From the IMG/VR virus record IMGVR_UViG_3300035698_029829, positions 71,427 to 135,426 of that record: DNA of 64,000 bases. One strand, 5' to 3'. The notes under the pieces were generated by a model, which saw nothing but the letters and a program-made list of their open reading frames with translations, did not search any database and had not been told where the DNA came from. Below, in pieces: positions 37,225 through 46,850 of this stretch (positions are counted from its first letter, which is position 1; each line of letters opens with the position of its first letter). Source of the stretch: a virus. Lineage: Duplodnaviria; Heunggongvirae; Uroviricota; Caudoviricetes. Made by a program: the position numbers and the translations under genes.

Positions 37225-37983
37225 CTAACGCAGCCGCCCCTTCGGTTCATTGCCAATGGCAGTACCGTAAGACCGACCGATCTGAAGCAACCGCCGAGCA
37301 TTTAACGGTACGACGAGGGCGCGCATCTTCAATGCTGGATCAGCCAACATGACCTGCCCGTAGCGATGATGACCGTCAAGGATGTAGCCCTCCTTGGACA
37401 CGATGATCGTCGTCTCCAACACCGGTGACCCCGACCTCGGCACCCCGAACTTCGCGATGTTCCCGATGAGCTTCTCCAACCAAATCTGTTTCTGTGTCGG
37501 CAGCAGCGTCCGTGCGGCACGCTTGGTCCACTGCGCCCGCAGGCGGTCGTCCTTCTCCTGCCCATCCTTGAAGCCAAGGATAACCCACTCGATCCCCTCC
37601 TGGGGCGACATGCGCACCGGAGTATAGAGTTTTCCCTTGGCATAGGGTTTGAAGATGTCGATATGTCCGGCCTTCAGTGCCTGGTCGAACTCCGCCATGT
37701 CGGTGGGCTCAATGACAGGCATGTCGATGCGCGACACACCCAACGTCTTCGCGCCGATAGCCTGAAGCGCCTTGTAGTTGCGGTCGAAGCCCGGCAGCGT
37801 CTCATCCAGTAACCGTCCCGCCCGCTCAAAGACGCCCTCGGCGTAGGCACGAGCCTCCGCCAGTGGCGTGCTGAACACGTTGTAGGAGAAACCACCCTCG
37901 GCCTCTAGCAGATCGGACTCACCCCACTCGGCGAGCACTTGTAACACGTCGCGATGATCCTTCATGCCGAAGATTCTCCTCAT
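37225..37983 (-). CDS. ParB/sulfiredoxin-like nuclease-domain protein
   Basis: 'GYILDGHHRYG' ParB N-terminal domain signature. Confidence 0.5.
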   Translation of the reverse strand: MRRIFGMKDHRDVLQVLAEWGESDLLEAEGGFSYNVFSTPLAEARAYAEGVFERAGRLLDETLPGFDRNYKALQAIGAKTLGVSRIDMPVIEPTDMAEFDQALKAGHIDIFKPYAKGKLYTPVRMSPQEGIEWVILGFKDGQEKDDRLRAQWTKRAARTLLPTQKQIWLEKLIGNIAKFGVPRSGSPVLETTIIVSKEGYILDGHHRYGQVMLADPALKMRALVVPLNARRLLQIGRSYGTAIGNEPKGRLR

Positions 37984-38090
37984 TCGATCTTATCTTACTC
38001 CAGTAAAAACCTCCTTAACCCAAGAAAGATAGAGCGACGCTCTAACTCTCACTACTTCCGGCACGAAGATACCGATGAGGGAGCGCGGCG

Positions 38091-38579
38091 ATGAGCGATA
38101 AAAATGACAAGCGGAAGAAGCGACGGTTCCTTTTTCTCTTTGTCACCGCCGCCAACGAAGCCCAGTTCAAATACGACGGCACCTTCGATGTACCAGAGGA
38201 ACTGCGGAAAAAGTGGGCCATCGAAATCGAGGAATCTAAGAAGGACCTCCTCATCAAACGAACGCGGAACCGCGCCTCCTTCAGCTACTGGCTCCAATGG
38301 CTTTTTCCCCTCGTCTGCGTTATCTGCGCCGCCCTCGAACCTGAGCGCTTGACTGAGTTGCTGCTTCTGGGCTTTGGTGGTTCCTTCGGCACAAACGTCA
38401 GCCGCAAGATCTCCAAACACGCCTACCTCAGCCGAGCCGTAAACATCATACGAACCGCCACCAACAAACCACGCTTCCAACCCAAACCGCCCCCCATCGA
38501 ACCAGAGGTACTCACCCCTGAAGACGACGAGGAAGACGACGGCGCAGTCACACCAAGTGCGGACACCTTTTTGGGATAG
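38091..38579 (+). CDS. hypothetical membrane protein
   Basis: Hydrophobic segments 'FLFLFVTAA' and 'WLQWLFPLVCVICAAL'. Confidence 0.45.
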   Translation: MSDKNDKRKKRRFLFLFVTAANEAQFKYDGTFDVPEELRKKWAIEIEESKKDLLIKRTRNRASFSYWLQWLFPLVCVICAALEPERLTELLLLGFGGSFGTNVSRKISKHAYLSRAVNIIRTATNKPRFQPKPPPIEPEVLTPEDDEEDDGAVTPSADTFLG

Positions 38580-38599
38580 TCAATGATGAAAATTCTTAA

Positions 38600-39436
38600 T
38601 TAATCGCCATCTGTAAGATTAACAGGGGCTTCGGACCCAAAGACCGTATGGTCGATCTCGCTCGCCAAGCGTAAGAGTGCCCCGCCCATCTTTTCCAATT
38701 CGCGGGTCACCTCCGGTCGCTTATCCTTCGGCGACCCATGGTTATAACCTATCAACCGGCACACGGCAGCCACCGCGTCCCCAATCCTCGGCGCATCCCA
38801 ACGCGACAGGTCCTTGATGCCCGAACGCACCTTGAATTCCTCGACGACCTTCCCCAGCTCCTCCAGTTCCGTCAACCGGTAAGACGCCACGTTCTTCTGA
38901 TGCGTCTCGCCCTCCTTGTATCCCTTGCTGTATCCTTCGGATCGCGCCTCCTCGACTCGCCGCGCAATCACCACCTCTTCGGACACCTGACGCGCCGCCT
39001 CACGAACGAGCGAACACACAAACGGAACAGTCCACGCCTGCGGTTCCAGGATGGAAGCATCCTGTACCACCACGAGTTTTTTACCCTCGGAATCCGGACA
39101 TAAAATACCCCAAGTTTCTGGCACCGGCAATTCCAGCTTGTCGAGCCACCGTCGGTCAGCCAGGACGAGCCACCAATAGTGCATGAAGCGGGCGATCTCC
39201 TCTGCCTTCGCCGCGTCCTTCAATTCACGCCGCAGGTCACTCATCTGGGACTTAATCTCAAACCCCGCCGTCCACAACCCACGCGACGGCCAGAGCGACA
39301 TCACCACCGCATCGGCAGTCCGTATCCTACCATCAAAACCGGTCTTATTCCGGACACTCGCCAGCACAGCATAGGCGTCCCCCGCATACCGTTTGGCGAT
39401 AAGTTGAAAAAGCTGATGCTCAGTATAGCGTGGCAC
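38600..39436 (-). CDS. hypothetical protein, possible PD-(D/E)xK-like nuclease fold
   Basis: 'ADAVVMSLWPSRG...GFEIKSQ' (D...E.K pattern; weak). Confidence 0.4.
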   Translation of the reverse strand: MPRYTEHQLFQLIAKRYAGDAYAVLASVRNKTGFDGRIRTADAVVMSLWPSRGLWTAGFEIKSQMSDLRRELKDAAKAEEIARFMHYWWLVLADRRWLDKLELPVPETWGILCPDSEGKKLVVVQDASILEPQAWTVPFVCSLVREAARQVSEEVVIARRVEEARSEGYSKGYKEGETHQKNVASYRLTELEELGKVVEEFKVRSGIKDLSRWDAPRIGDAVAAVCRLIGYNHGSPKDKRPEVTRELEKMGGALLRLASEIDHTVFGSEAPVNLTDGD

Positions 39437-39448
39437 GGTTCCTCCCTT

Positions 39449-40084
39449 TTAGAATCGGCTCAGCACCCTTCTCAGGTAGGAATTGAGCCGCCATAGGAAG
39501 GAGACAGCCCGGTAACGGTCGGCGAAGCGCACCACAAACAGGTCGTCCCCGTAATCGCAGCATTCACCGGGATCGACTTCGTCGAGCAACTCATCGAGCT
39601 TCTCGGTCACAGGGTTTCGGTGCGTCTCTGGCTTAAGCGCGAACAGCACCCCTTCCTTGAACAGCAAGTCCGCCACATCAGTCTCATCGGCGCATCCCAG
39701 GAAAGCCCCTGGGTAGGCAGCCATGCCACCCATCGAGAAGACCCAAGGAAATGCTTCCTCGCCGGTCTGGCCCAGCACCTCGATTCTGATCGGCCGGAAG
39801 TTCGCTTCGCCAGGGGTGAGTTCTGCCACCGTCACGAAGGCGGGAGTATTCTCCCCCATCCACACGCCAATAACATTGGACTCGAAGAAATCCTCAGCTC
39901 CCTCTCGATCCATGCCATCACGGCCCATCAATATTTCAATGCACCGCTCACGGTCATAAAGAGCAAGTGAATTCTGCCCGAACCGCTCAACATAGCCAAT
40001 CAACGCCTCCTCGAAACCATCGGCAGTCAATGCTTCTTTATTAGCCTCTTGAAGCAGTCTTAAAGCCTGTTCGTGTCGTGTCAT
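39449..40084 (-). CDS. hypothetical protein
   Basis: 211-aa ORF. Confidence 0.45.
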   Translation of the reverse strand: MTRHEQALRLLQEANKEALTADGFEEALIGYVERFGQNSLALYDRERCIEILMGRDGMDREGAEDFFESNVIGVWMGENTPAFVTVAELTPGEANFRPIRIEVLGQTGEEAFPWVFSMGGMAAYPGAFLGCADETDVADLLFKEGVLFALKPETHRNPVTEKLDELLDEVDPGECCDYGDDLFVVRFADRYRAVSFLWRLNSYLRRVLSRF

Positions 40085-40936
40085 TTATATCTTTTCCTCG
40101 CCCCAAATTCCCCGAGCCACGTCGATCATGAGATTACTCTTGAGATTGCCTAAACGCTCGTAGCTCTCACGATCCTCGCCGTCGTGGCTGTGAGAATCCA
40201 CGAGCCACTTAACATTTCGTTTTCCAACCAGCAACGCCACCTCGACGCCAAAGCGCCGAAAGGTCCAGACATACACGAACCCCCCGCGCACCGTCAACTT
40301 TTGATGCCACTTGCCAAACTTACTCTGCACCATGTAAAGGGTGTGCCCCATCGTCCACCCCTCCTTGAGGTGGGATTTCCACAACGGGTCCTCATAGTGC
40401 GCCTCCTCGATAAAGAAGGCGCGGTTAAAGCCATCGCGCACAAAAAGGTCAACCTTGGCATCCTGCATCACCTTCAAGTCAAGGTTGACACCCGTCTTCG
40501 GCGGCGGATCAGTTACATAAATGAGTCCACTGCCCTGACAACGCGAGCACGTTCGGCGTTTGTTTCTCTTCTTGAAGTAGAGATAGCCCCGAGACCGACA
40601 GGTGGGGCAGTGATCACGTCGTCCCTCCGGACGCGGCGGTATCGTAGAGGCGTCAACCTGGTAGGCCGTGGTCACCCCTAATCTTTCGAGCGACGCTTGC
40701 AAGCTTTTCAGCACATCGAGCTTATCAAAAACCAACTGCCGTCGCTTCCAATCCGGCAGCGATTTAGCTTGAAAGCGACAAACCACTGGATCATTGAAAT
40801 TCCCCATCCACCTCTCTACCGACTCCTTCACGTCGACGCGGATACCGTAGAACCAACGATTGCTGGTACTTTGATGCCCCGGCCCGTGCATCACTTCCAC
40901 GAAATACCAGCCGGACTTTTTTCGTGTAGCCATCGT
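40085..40936 (-). CDS. hypothetical zinc-ribbon protein
   Basis: ATG (MATRKK) overlaps upstream stop (ATGA); 'CPTCRSRG...CSRCQGSG'. Confidence 0.45.
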   Translation of the reverse strand, partial: TMATRKKSGWYFVEVMHGPGHQSTSNRWFYGIRVDVKESVERWMGNFNDPVVCRFQAKSLPDWKRRQLVFDKLDVLKSLQASLERLGVTTAYQVDASTIPPRPEGRRDHCPTCRSRGYLYFKKRNKRRTCSRCQGSGLIYVTDPPPKTGVNLDLKVMQDAKVDLFVRDGFNRAFFIEEAHYEDPLWKSHLKEGWTMGHTLYMVQSKFGKWHQKLTVRGGFVYVWTFRRFGVEVALLVGKRNVKWLVDSHSHDGEDRESYERLGNLKSNLMIDVARGIWGEEKI

Positions 40937-41367
40937 TAGTCTTCCTTTCTTCCAGCGCACGTGCGCAAACCTGCAAGCAAACAACGCGTGATGAAGTTCA
41001 GAGTGAGGTGCAGCTTGTCGCCGCGCTTCACCAAGTAAGGTTCCTGTCGTCTCTGATCGTCGAGCCCATTGAGCCACACGTCTCCCAAATGTCCGTCGGC
41101 TTGACACCCCTCGTTCAGCTCATCGTAGGTGAATGGCCCGAAATGCCCACGCGCCCGGCAAAACCGGATCACCCACCGAGCCGACCTCTCCATTTCCACA
41201 TTCCCAAAGCCATCGAAATAGTGCACGTCGACAGGGATCGAATTCGGTCGGATCACCAACTGGTCGAGGTCCGTCTCAACCACACCGATTTCCTGAATCG
41301 CCCCGCTGGTCACGACACCCGGCATAACGGCATCCCCTATGTTGTTAATCTTATCCTTTTTGAGCAT
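40936..41367 (-). CDS. hypothetical protein
   Basis: 143-aa ORF. Confidence 0.4.
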   Translation of the reverse strand: MLKKDKINNIGDAVMPGVVTSGAIQEIGVVETDLDQLVIRPNSIPVDVHYFDGFGNVEMERSARWVIRFCRARGHFGPFTYDELNEGCQADGHLGDVWLNGLDDQRRQEPYLVKRGDKLHLTLNFITRCLLAGLRTCAGRKED

Positions 41368-41572
41368 CGGTGCCCCCTAACGCTTCGGTGGACGCAGTAA
41401 ACGCCCCCCGGTCAGCTTCACGACGGTAGCCATCCTCACCTGAGAACGACACGCGGTTTGTCTTCACTTTGATAACCTTGACGAACGTCCCGACGATTAC
41501 GGAGAATTTCTTCTTCCCTCCCGACCGAACAGGGAAGGCGGTCGTAACCAGATATTTCTCACCTTTTTTCAA
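41351..41572 (-). CDS. hypothetical small protein
   Basis: 73-aa ORF. Confidence 0.35.
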   Translation of the reverse strand: MKKGEKYLVTTAFPVRSGGKKKFSVIVGTFVKVIKVKTNRVSFSGEDGYRREADRGAFTASTEALGGTDAQKG

Positions 41573-41859
41573 ATCGACTCTCCTTGTTCTCGGTCTATTA
41601 CCTCAGTAAAGGAGTACCCGTTCTCGTCCTCCCATTCAACCCACTCACCGTCCTCGAAGACCTCCAAGCCCTGGACGTTCGAGACAATCATGTTCTCACC
41701 CAGGAAGAGATCATATTCGGCGAGAACCATCAACGCGATCTTCGCCTCGACAAGGTTAGCCACAGAGCAGCGAAAACCTTCGTTCGGCACGTTCGGAATG
41801 TGCCACACGCGTAGATCACCCTTACTCGGGGCGGTAGTGGTCTTAACAGCGTCAGTCAT
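41569..41859 (-). CDS. hypothetical acidic protein
   Basis: ATG (MTDAVK) with GGAGGAAGAAT RBS after the promoter. Confidence 0.45.
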   Translation of the reverse strand: MTDAVKTTTAPSKGDLRVWHIPNVPNEGFRCSVANLVEAKIALMVLAEYDLFLGENMIVSNVQGLEVFEDGEWVEWEDENGYSFTEVIDREQGESI

Positions 41860-41881
41860 ATTCTTCCTCCAATCCAAAATA

Positions 41882-41917
41882 AGACTATCGAACTAAGCCG
41901 AGTTTGTCAAGAGTTTT
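41882..41917 (-). promoter_or_regulatory. conserved sigma70-like promoter
   Basis: TTGACAAACTCGGCTTAGTTCGATAGTCT. Confidence 0.55.
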
Positions 41918-42058
41918 TATCTTTAGAATCCCAATATTTTTTCCACGGCGAATGGACACCATCTGCCAAGATAACGAATAGGAGTCGCATGGCGCGAGGA
42001 ACCGGCACGGAGGAACTCGCTTGCGCGACAGAAAAACATACTTCTCAGGGAGTTTGCC

Positions 42059-42556
42059 GTGCCTTTACCGACAGTTCTCGAAGGACGTTCACTCAACGAG
42101 CTAAAAACGATAAAAGAAGACATCGAAAAAGAGATCCAAAAAGCCGAACAAATGCGCGCCCTCGTCAAGACGCTTGGGAATACAGAAGGGTTTCCCTACG
42201 CGATGTTCGAGATTTTTGGAGCGCTCCAAGACGGCGTAACAATCCTAGCTAAAGACCTCCGCATCCTCTGGAGGAATAAAGTCGCCATACAACAACTCGG
42301 ACCATTCAACCCGAGTAATCCCCCGAACGAGGACCCCCTTAATAACTATTGCTATCGTATCCATGGACACGACGAACCATGCACCCCGTGCGCGTGCATA
42401 AACGCAATGGACACCCGAAAGACCCAAATTCGACACAACTACCAGGGACTTGAAGAAGGAAAGTCCTACGACCTGTGGGCGATCCCCCTTTACAACGGAC
42501 ATCGTGCTTGCATTCTCATCACAAGAGACGTAACCCACGACGGCGTATCACCTTAA
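42059..42556 (+). CDS. hypothetical protein (GTG start)
   Basis: GGGAG RBS 7 nt upstream of GTG; one of only three plus-strand genes in the 42-43 kb island. Confidence 0.45.
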   Translation: MPLPTVLEGRSLNELKTIKEDIEKEIQKAEQMRALVKTLGNTEGFPYAMFEIFGALQDGVTILAKDLRILWRNKVAIQQLGPFNPSNPPNEDPLNNYCYRIHGHDEPCTPCACINAMDTRKTQIRHNYQGLEEGKSYDLWAIPLYNGHRACILITRDVTHDGVSP

Positions 42557-42582
42557 ATGACGATTCCCAAAGGAAAAATAAT

Positions 42583-43086
42583 ATGCCGGACGAAAAAAAA
42601 ACGTTCAATGAACGACAGGAGCTACAGGGTATCATCAGCGGCCTCTCCGAGAAGCTCACCGCAATTCAGGAAAGCACAGCTCGCGAACGCCTGCTACTCG
42701 ACGACCGTTTCCGCCAGGAAACGGCCGCCCTTTTGCGCAGCCTAGACCAGGCCATTAACGGCTACCCCGCTCAAAGCTTCCTAATGCTGGAAGAAATCAG
42801 AAATACCCTCAAAGATCACCGCAAACACTACGACGACAAAATCGAGGGCCTAGAAAAGGCAATAGAGGAATCCTGCGACGAGATTAAGACAATTTCCAAA
42901 CGACAGATCCCGGTACTTGCCGCCAAAGAAGACATGATACCCCGCTGGGCCAAGATCGCCCTGACCTATCTCGTCGGCGGCATTGGCATCATTTCAGCAG
43001 CCGTCTTCACCGCCTGGTGGTACTTGTCGGAACTCTCCGCCAATCTGCCACTGCTACTTGAACTCATAAAAACGTGTAAACCATAG
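42583..43086 (+). CDS. hypothetical coiled-coil protein with C-terminal TM helix
   Basis: ATG after AAAGGAAAAATA; 'IALTYLVGGIGIISAAVFTAWWYL'. Confidence 0.45.
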   Translation: MPDEKKTFNERQELQGIISGLSEKLTAIQESTARERLLLDDRFRQETAALLRSLDQAINGYPAQSFLMLEEIRNTLKDHRKHYDDKIEGLEKAIEESCDEIKTISKRQIPVLAAKEDMIPRWAKIALTYLVGGIGIISAAVFTAWWYLSELSANLPLLLELIKTCKP

Positions 43087-43087
43087 A

Positions 43088-43441
43088 TTAGGATCGCTCC
43101 GCCTCAGCAACGAGATCTTGGAGGACGCCCATCATCTTTGGTGGCCAACGCGCCATGAATTTCGGAAGATACCGCTCCGCGTCCTCGCGCGTCACCGAGA
43201 AGAGAAACTCCCCCAACTGACAATCACTGACCGTGTAAGCGCCGTTAAAATTGCGCGAGGAGATGGCGTCGTGCACGTCGACCCCTCCTCCGGAAGATTC
43301 GGGGAGCCTCGCGCTCTCAGGTATCGCCTCAATCACCTCACCGCACACAGCGTCGTAAGCAGGCAAGTCACCTCGTGTAAGTGCATACAGCGGTGTACCA
43401 AACTCAATATCCTCCCCTTTCTCGGAACAAAGTAGCGACAT
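43088..43441 (-). CDS. hypothetical protein
   Basis: 117-aa ORF. Confidence 0.4.
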   Translation of the reverse strand: MSLLCSEKGEDIEFGTPLYALTRGDLPAYDAVCGEVIEAIPESARLPESSGGGVDVHDAISSRNFNGAYTVSDCQLGEFLFSVTREDAERYLPKFMARWPPKMMGVLQDLVAEAERS

Positions 43442-43743
43442 TAGAACACCTCTACCTTGAAGCCCTTCGCCTGTGGCTCCACCGTCACGACGGCCACGCG
43501 TTGCTGCGTATGACCAAGAAAAAGAGTAGCGTTCAGACGAAACCCCGTATAACTGAAGCCGAACATCACCCTGCCAACATTGTCGACGATGGCTCTGACC
43601 ATCCTTTTTTTGCGTGCCACCGACGGTTCAACTACCAGGTCGAAAGACGCCCATCGCTCGTCCAGATCGTAAGCGCGGTCACGCACGGTAACATGGGTGA
43701 TGACTCCCAAGAAGCGGCTAACGTCGAGGTACCACTGGCTCAT
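43441..43743 (-). CDS. hypothetical protein
   Basis: 100-aa ORF, coupled. Confidence 0.4.
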   Translation of the reverse strand: MSQWYLDVSRFLGVITHVTVRDRAYDLDERWASFDLVVEPSVARKKRMVRAIVDNVGRVMFGFSYTGFRLNATLFLGHTQQRVAVVTVEPQAKGFKVEVF

Positions 43744-44069
43744 GATGGAAACCTCGGCGTCTTATTCTCAACCGTCTCAGTGTTCACAAAGGTTGTAACC
43801 TGTACCTTACCGCACTTCCGACACTCGCGCCGCCAGCGATCCTCGGTACGCGATGGCACATCAAGCGGCAGCCGCCGATCAACTCCCATCGTACCCGGCG
43901 GATCGCCAAGGCTGTGGTAGCCCTTATAACGGATCGGATCGTACTCCGGCTCCGTCCAATCGTGTGAACAAGCCTGTTCAGCAGCCGCCAGACGCGCCTT
44001 CGCCGCCTCGTACTTCAGTTTAGCCGACTTCACGTCTTGACGTAGCATCTTTGCATCGCTATTCATCAT
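43740..44069 (-). CDS. hypothetical zinc-ribbon protein
   Basis: 'CSHDW...CRKCGKV'. Confidence 0.4.
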   Translation of the reverse strand: MMNSDAKMLRQDVKSAKLKYEAAKARLAAAEQACSHDWTEPEYDPIRYKGYHSLGDPPGTMGVDRRLPLDVPSRTEDRWRRECRKCGKVQVTTFVNTETVENKTPRFPS

Positions 44070-44329
44070 TTCTTCCTTTCCTCCGGCCCGGGAAGGGCCA
44101 GCTCGCGCGCCGTGCCCTCGCCGTTAAGAATGTCGGCCACGTCGTCAAGGGTCAAAACCTTTCCACACTTTTTACAACGAAGCCCCGATCCGCTACTCAC
44201 ATTAAAGTCGATCTGTGTGAACCAAGATTCCCACACATGTTGGCAATCATCAGCCACAGTAGCCTCCCCACCCGTCGTCGTAGAAGATGGTCGTACCATC
44301 CATCGAGACGCGCGGTTTGGGCGGCCCAT
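44066..44329 (-). CDS. hypothetical zinc-ribbon protein
   Basis: 'CQHVW...CKKCGKV' (paralog-like of the preceding ORF). Confidence 0.35.
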   Translation of the reverse strand: MGRPNRASRWMVRPSSTTTGGEATVADDCQHVWESWFTQIDFNVSSGSGLRCKKCGKVLTLDDVADILNGEGTARELALPGPEERKK

Positions 44330-44714
44330 TCGGCAGTCCCATGCTCTCGGCGATGCTCTTCAAGTAATCGGCCTTCATCTCCCCAAATGCCTTCTTACCA
44401 CCCTGCTGCTGCCGCTTCTTGTAAAGCCCGTGCAGGTGAATGTGGATGGCGATTACGTGAGAACACGCCTGCCACGTCTTGGTGAGGGTGCAATCACTCT
44501 GATCGAGGCCCCTCGCCCTTCGCGCAAGGTCGATCAAATCATCCTGGGGCGGACAGATATGCTTCCCATCATCGTGCGCCGCCTGAATGGCCTTCTTCAA
44601 CTTGGCTACCGCCGAATTGCGGTAAGCCGCGCAGGAAGTGCTACCGTTAAACCATTGATAATGGTTCCCAAGCCCGATCCGCGCCATGATCTCAGATTCC
44701 AATTTCAGTGCCAT
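44250..44714 (-). CDS. hypothetical protein
   Basis: ATG (MALKLES) at 44714 with AAGGAG RBS. Confidence 0.4.
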   Translation of the reverse strand: MALKLESEIMARIGLGNHYQWFNGSTSCAAYRNSAVAKLKKAIQAAHDDGKHICPPQDDLIDLARRARGLDQSDCTLTKTWQACSHVIAIHIHLHGLYKKRQQQGGKKAFGEMKADYLKSIAESMGLPNGPPKPRVSMDGTTIFYDDGWGGYCG

Positions 44715-44718
44715 GGAC

Positions 44719-45405
44719 TTACTCCTTTTCTTCGTCGCGCAGGTCGATCTTCTCGCTCTTCCTGAAAGTTTTCTCGCACTTGGCGCAACTGCGCTCATCA
44801 TCGTAATCGCCCGATCTATGGGTGTCCTCGCTACCACAGTGCGGACACGCGAAGTAAGCCGCCTTGCGTTGGTTATAAGGCTTCTGAAATCCTTTGGCGA
44901 ACTCGTCGATCTTCTTGTGGAGATCTGCCCACTCCTCGTTCCGCCCTCGCACCATCTCCGCATCGTACAAAAACTTGAACAAGGGAAGTGCGTCTTTGTT
45001 GAGCATAGCCTGAGCCGCTACCCCGATGCCATCCAGGCAAAACTGCGCAGCATCCTCCAAACTATGCATAAGGGCTCTCGTTATCCCTTCGACGGCATCA
45101 TCCGGCTCCTTTGGAGTGACCACACTATTCCCTAAGAATTTCATGATCTCGGTATCGGGTTGATTCCTCTTATCAAGATCCCACGGCATCCGTCCCACCG
45201 GTAGTCTTTCGAGCGCAGCCTTGGTAATCAGACCCATTACCTTATCGAGGCTCGTCTCATCGTGACTCGTAGTCGCCCCTATGATCGCGGAACGGGCCGC
45301 CTTGATCATCTCCGTCAGACCTCGGTCCGCCAGTTTACAAAGCACCGGAATAATCACCGCTGCTTCCCTAAAGGTTATCCCGTAAGTGGGTTCCAACGTC
45401 TTCAT
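44719..45405 (-). CDS. hypothetical protein with C-terminal zinc ribbon
   Basis: 'CPHCGSEDTH...CAKCEKTF'. Only a GACAAAC remnant of the promoter motif remains upstream, abutting the IS#2 left end. Confidence 0.5.
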   Translation of the reverse strand: MKTLEPTYGITFREAAVIIPVLCKLADRGLTEMIKAARSAIIGATTSHDETSLDKVMGLITKAALERLPVGRMPWDLDKRNQPDTEIMKFLGNSVVTPKEPDDAVEGITRALMHSLEDAAQFCLDGIGVAAQAMLNKDALPLFKFLYDAEMVRGRNEEWADLHKKIDEFAKGFQKPYNQRKAAYFACPHCGSEDTHRSGDYDDERSCAKCEKTFRKSEKIDLRDEEKE

Positions 45406-45449
45406 GTTCTCTCCCTTCAGCTCGCGCTGTTCTTGGTTACGAGTTTGTC

Positions 45450-46785
45450 GGCGGAAAAGCCCACGGTTTCAACCGTGGGATGAAAGCCGACCTAATAAGC
45501 GCTTGACGATCAGTATTGCGAAGATTATACTTATGTCCATGAGAGAAGCCGTCATTCTCAAATTCAGACAACCGACAGCTCGCAAGCTCGCGTGGTTGGA
45601 AAATACGGCTTCCCTTTTTCTTCAAGGCTCTCGCATCGGGCTTGATTTTGCTCTCGCGAACAAGACCACCAACAGAAGTGCGATCCATAAAACCGCTTAC
45701 AGAAAATGCCGCAATACTGGACTTCCTTCCGACTACTCGCGCATGGCCGTCAACAACGCGGTTCAACACGCCGCGTCCTACCTCGGACCCAGAAAGTCCA
45801 GGCGGCGCGTCGGAAAACCCGTACTCTCTGGCTCCACCATCGGGTTGGGAGTTGCCAGTTACGCTGTCGTGGATAATGTCCTGCGTGTTTCCACCGGCAA
45901 ACGAGGCACCTACATCTGGCTGCCTCTCTGTGTTCCCAAAAAGTGGCGTAACCGTCTTCAATACGTCAAAGGTGACGCCAAGCTCTTCAAAAGAAACGAT
46001 ACCTGGTTCGTCATGCTTCCTCTTCGTACTCCCGACTCGCCTACCGTCCGTGACGGCGATCCTACGGTCCTCGGCGTAGACTTGGGCATCGTGCGGCTGA
46101 TGACGGTCAGAACTCCTGATGGTATCAAAGTTTGGAATGGAAAGGAGATCAGGAGTCGACGAGAGCACTTCGCGGCCGTCCGCAAGAGGTATCAACAGCA
46201 TGGGCGCATGGATCGAGTCAAGATCACCAAAAACAAGGAACGACGCTGGATGGCAAACGTTAACCATAAAGCCAGCCGCGAATTGGTCGATCTCGCCGCC
46301 CAGTTTCCTAACCCCGTGATCGCCTTCGAAAGGCTCGACGGCATCAGAAATCGAGTGTCCGGTAGCAAACGATTCAACCGGATGATCTCTAATTGGGCCT
46401 TTCGAGACTTGATTAACAAGACCGAGTACAAGGCTGCTAAGGCTGGTATTCGTGTTGTATTTATCAACCCGAAAGGCACCAGCCGTACTTGTCCTCGGTG
46501 TGGTCATTCCACTCGATCCAATCGTCCCACGCAGACCGACTTTAGATGTGTCGCCTGCGGCTATCGCGGCAATGCCGACGCGGTAGCGTCGATCAACATC
46601 TCTGCGAGAGCGATTGACTTGCTTTCGCATGGGCCGCCTGACACGGCCCGGCCCGCAAGGGTACAGGATGGGAAGACCGTTTCCTGTCCCGATGGAGCCT
46701 CTGGATGTTCGCCTTTGGTGCATCTAAACTCCAACCTCGTAAGTTCCTAGTAGGAACCCCACGGCTTAAGCCGTGGAAGGATGTC
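45450..46785 (+). mobile_element. IS200/IS605-family element, tnpB-only, copy 2
   Basis: Hairpins CCCACGGTTTCAACCGTGGG (45460-45479) and CCCCACGGCTTAAGCCGTGG (46757-46776). The LE carries TTGACG-17-TATACT before tnpB, the same architecture as copy 1. Confidence 0.8.
45533..46750 (+). CDS. tnpB: TnpB (IS605 OrfB-family)
   Basis: 'VILKFRQPTARK', 'LGVDLGIVRLMT', 'IAFERL', 'NPKGTSRTCPRCG...CVACG..NADAVASINI'. Confidence 0.85.
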   Translation: MSMREAVILKFRQPTARKLAWLENTASLFLQGSRIGLDFALANKTTNRSAIHKTAYRKCRNTGLPSDYSRMAVNNAVQHAASYLGPRKSRRRVGKPVLSGSTIGLGVASYAVVDNVLRVSTGKRGTYIWLPLCVPKKWRNRLQYVKGDAKLFKRNDTWFVMLPLRTPDSPTVRDGDPTVLGVDLGIVRLMTVRTPDGIKVWNGKEIRSRREHFAAVRKRYQQHGRMDRVKITKNKERRWMANVNHKASRELVDLAAQFPNPVIAFERLDGIRNRVSGSKRFNRMISNWAFRDLINKTEYKAAKAGIRVVFINPKGTSRTCPRCGHSTRSNRPTQTDFRCVACGYRGNADAVASINISARAIDLLSHGPPDTARPARVQDGKTVSCPDGASGCSPLVHLNSNLVSS

Positions 46786-46810
46786 AGCAATATTGTTCCC
46801 ATCCGCAACC

Positions 46811-46846
46811 AATCTACAAAATCAGACAGAGTTTGTCAAGAGCTTT
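46811..46846 (-). promoter_or_regulatory. conserved promoter motif facing the IS#2 right end (orphaned)
   Basis: TTGACAAACTCTGTCTGATTTTGTAGATT. The next downstream minus-strand sequence is the IS#2 RE hairpin, not a gene. Confidence 0.5.
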
Positions 46847-46850
46847 TATA

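Noticed and set aside
36164-42058. tRNA genes in the larger intergenic gaps (36164-36338, 37984-38090, 41878-42058, 59567-59790)
   Set aside because: No cloverleaf or T-arm (GTTCRAnYC) signatures seen by eye. A tRNAscan run would be needed to be sure.
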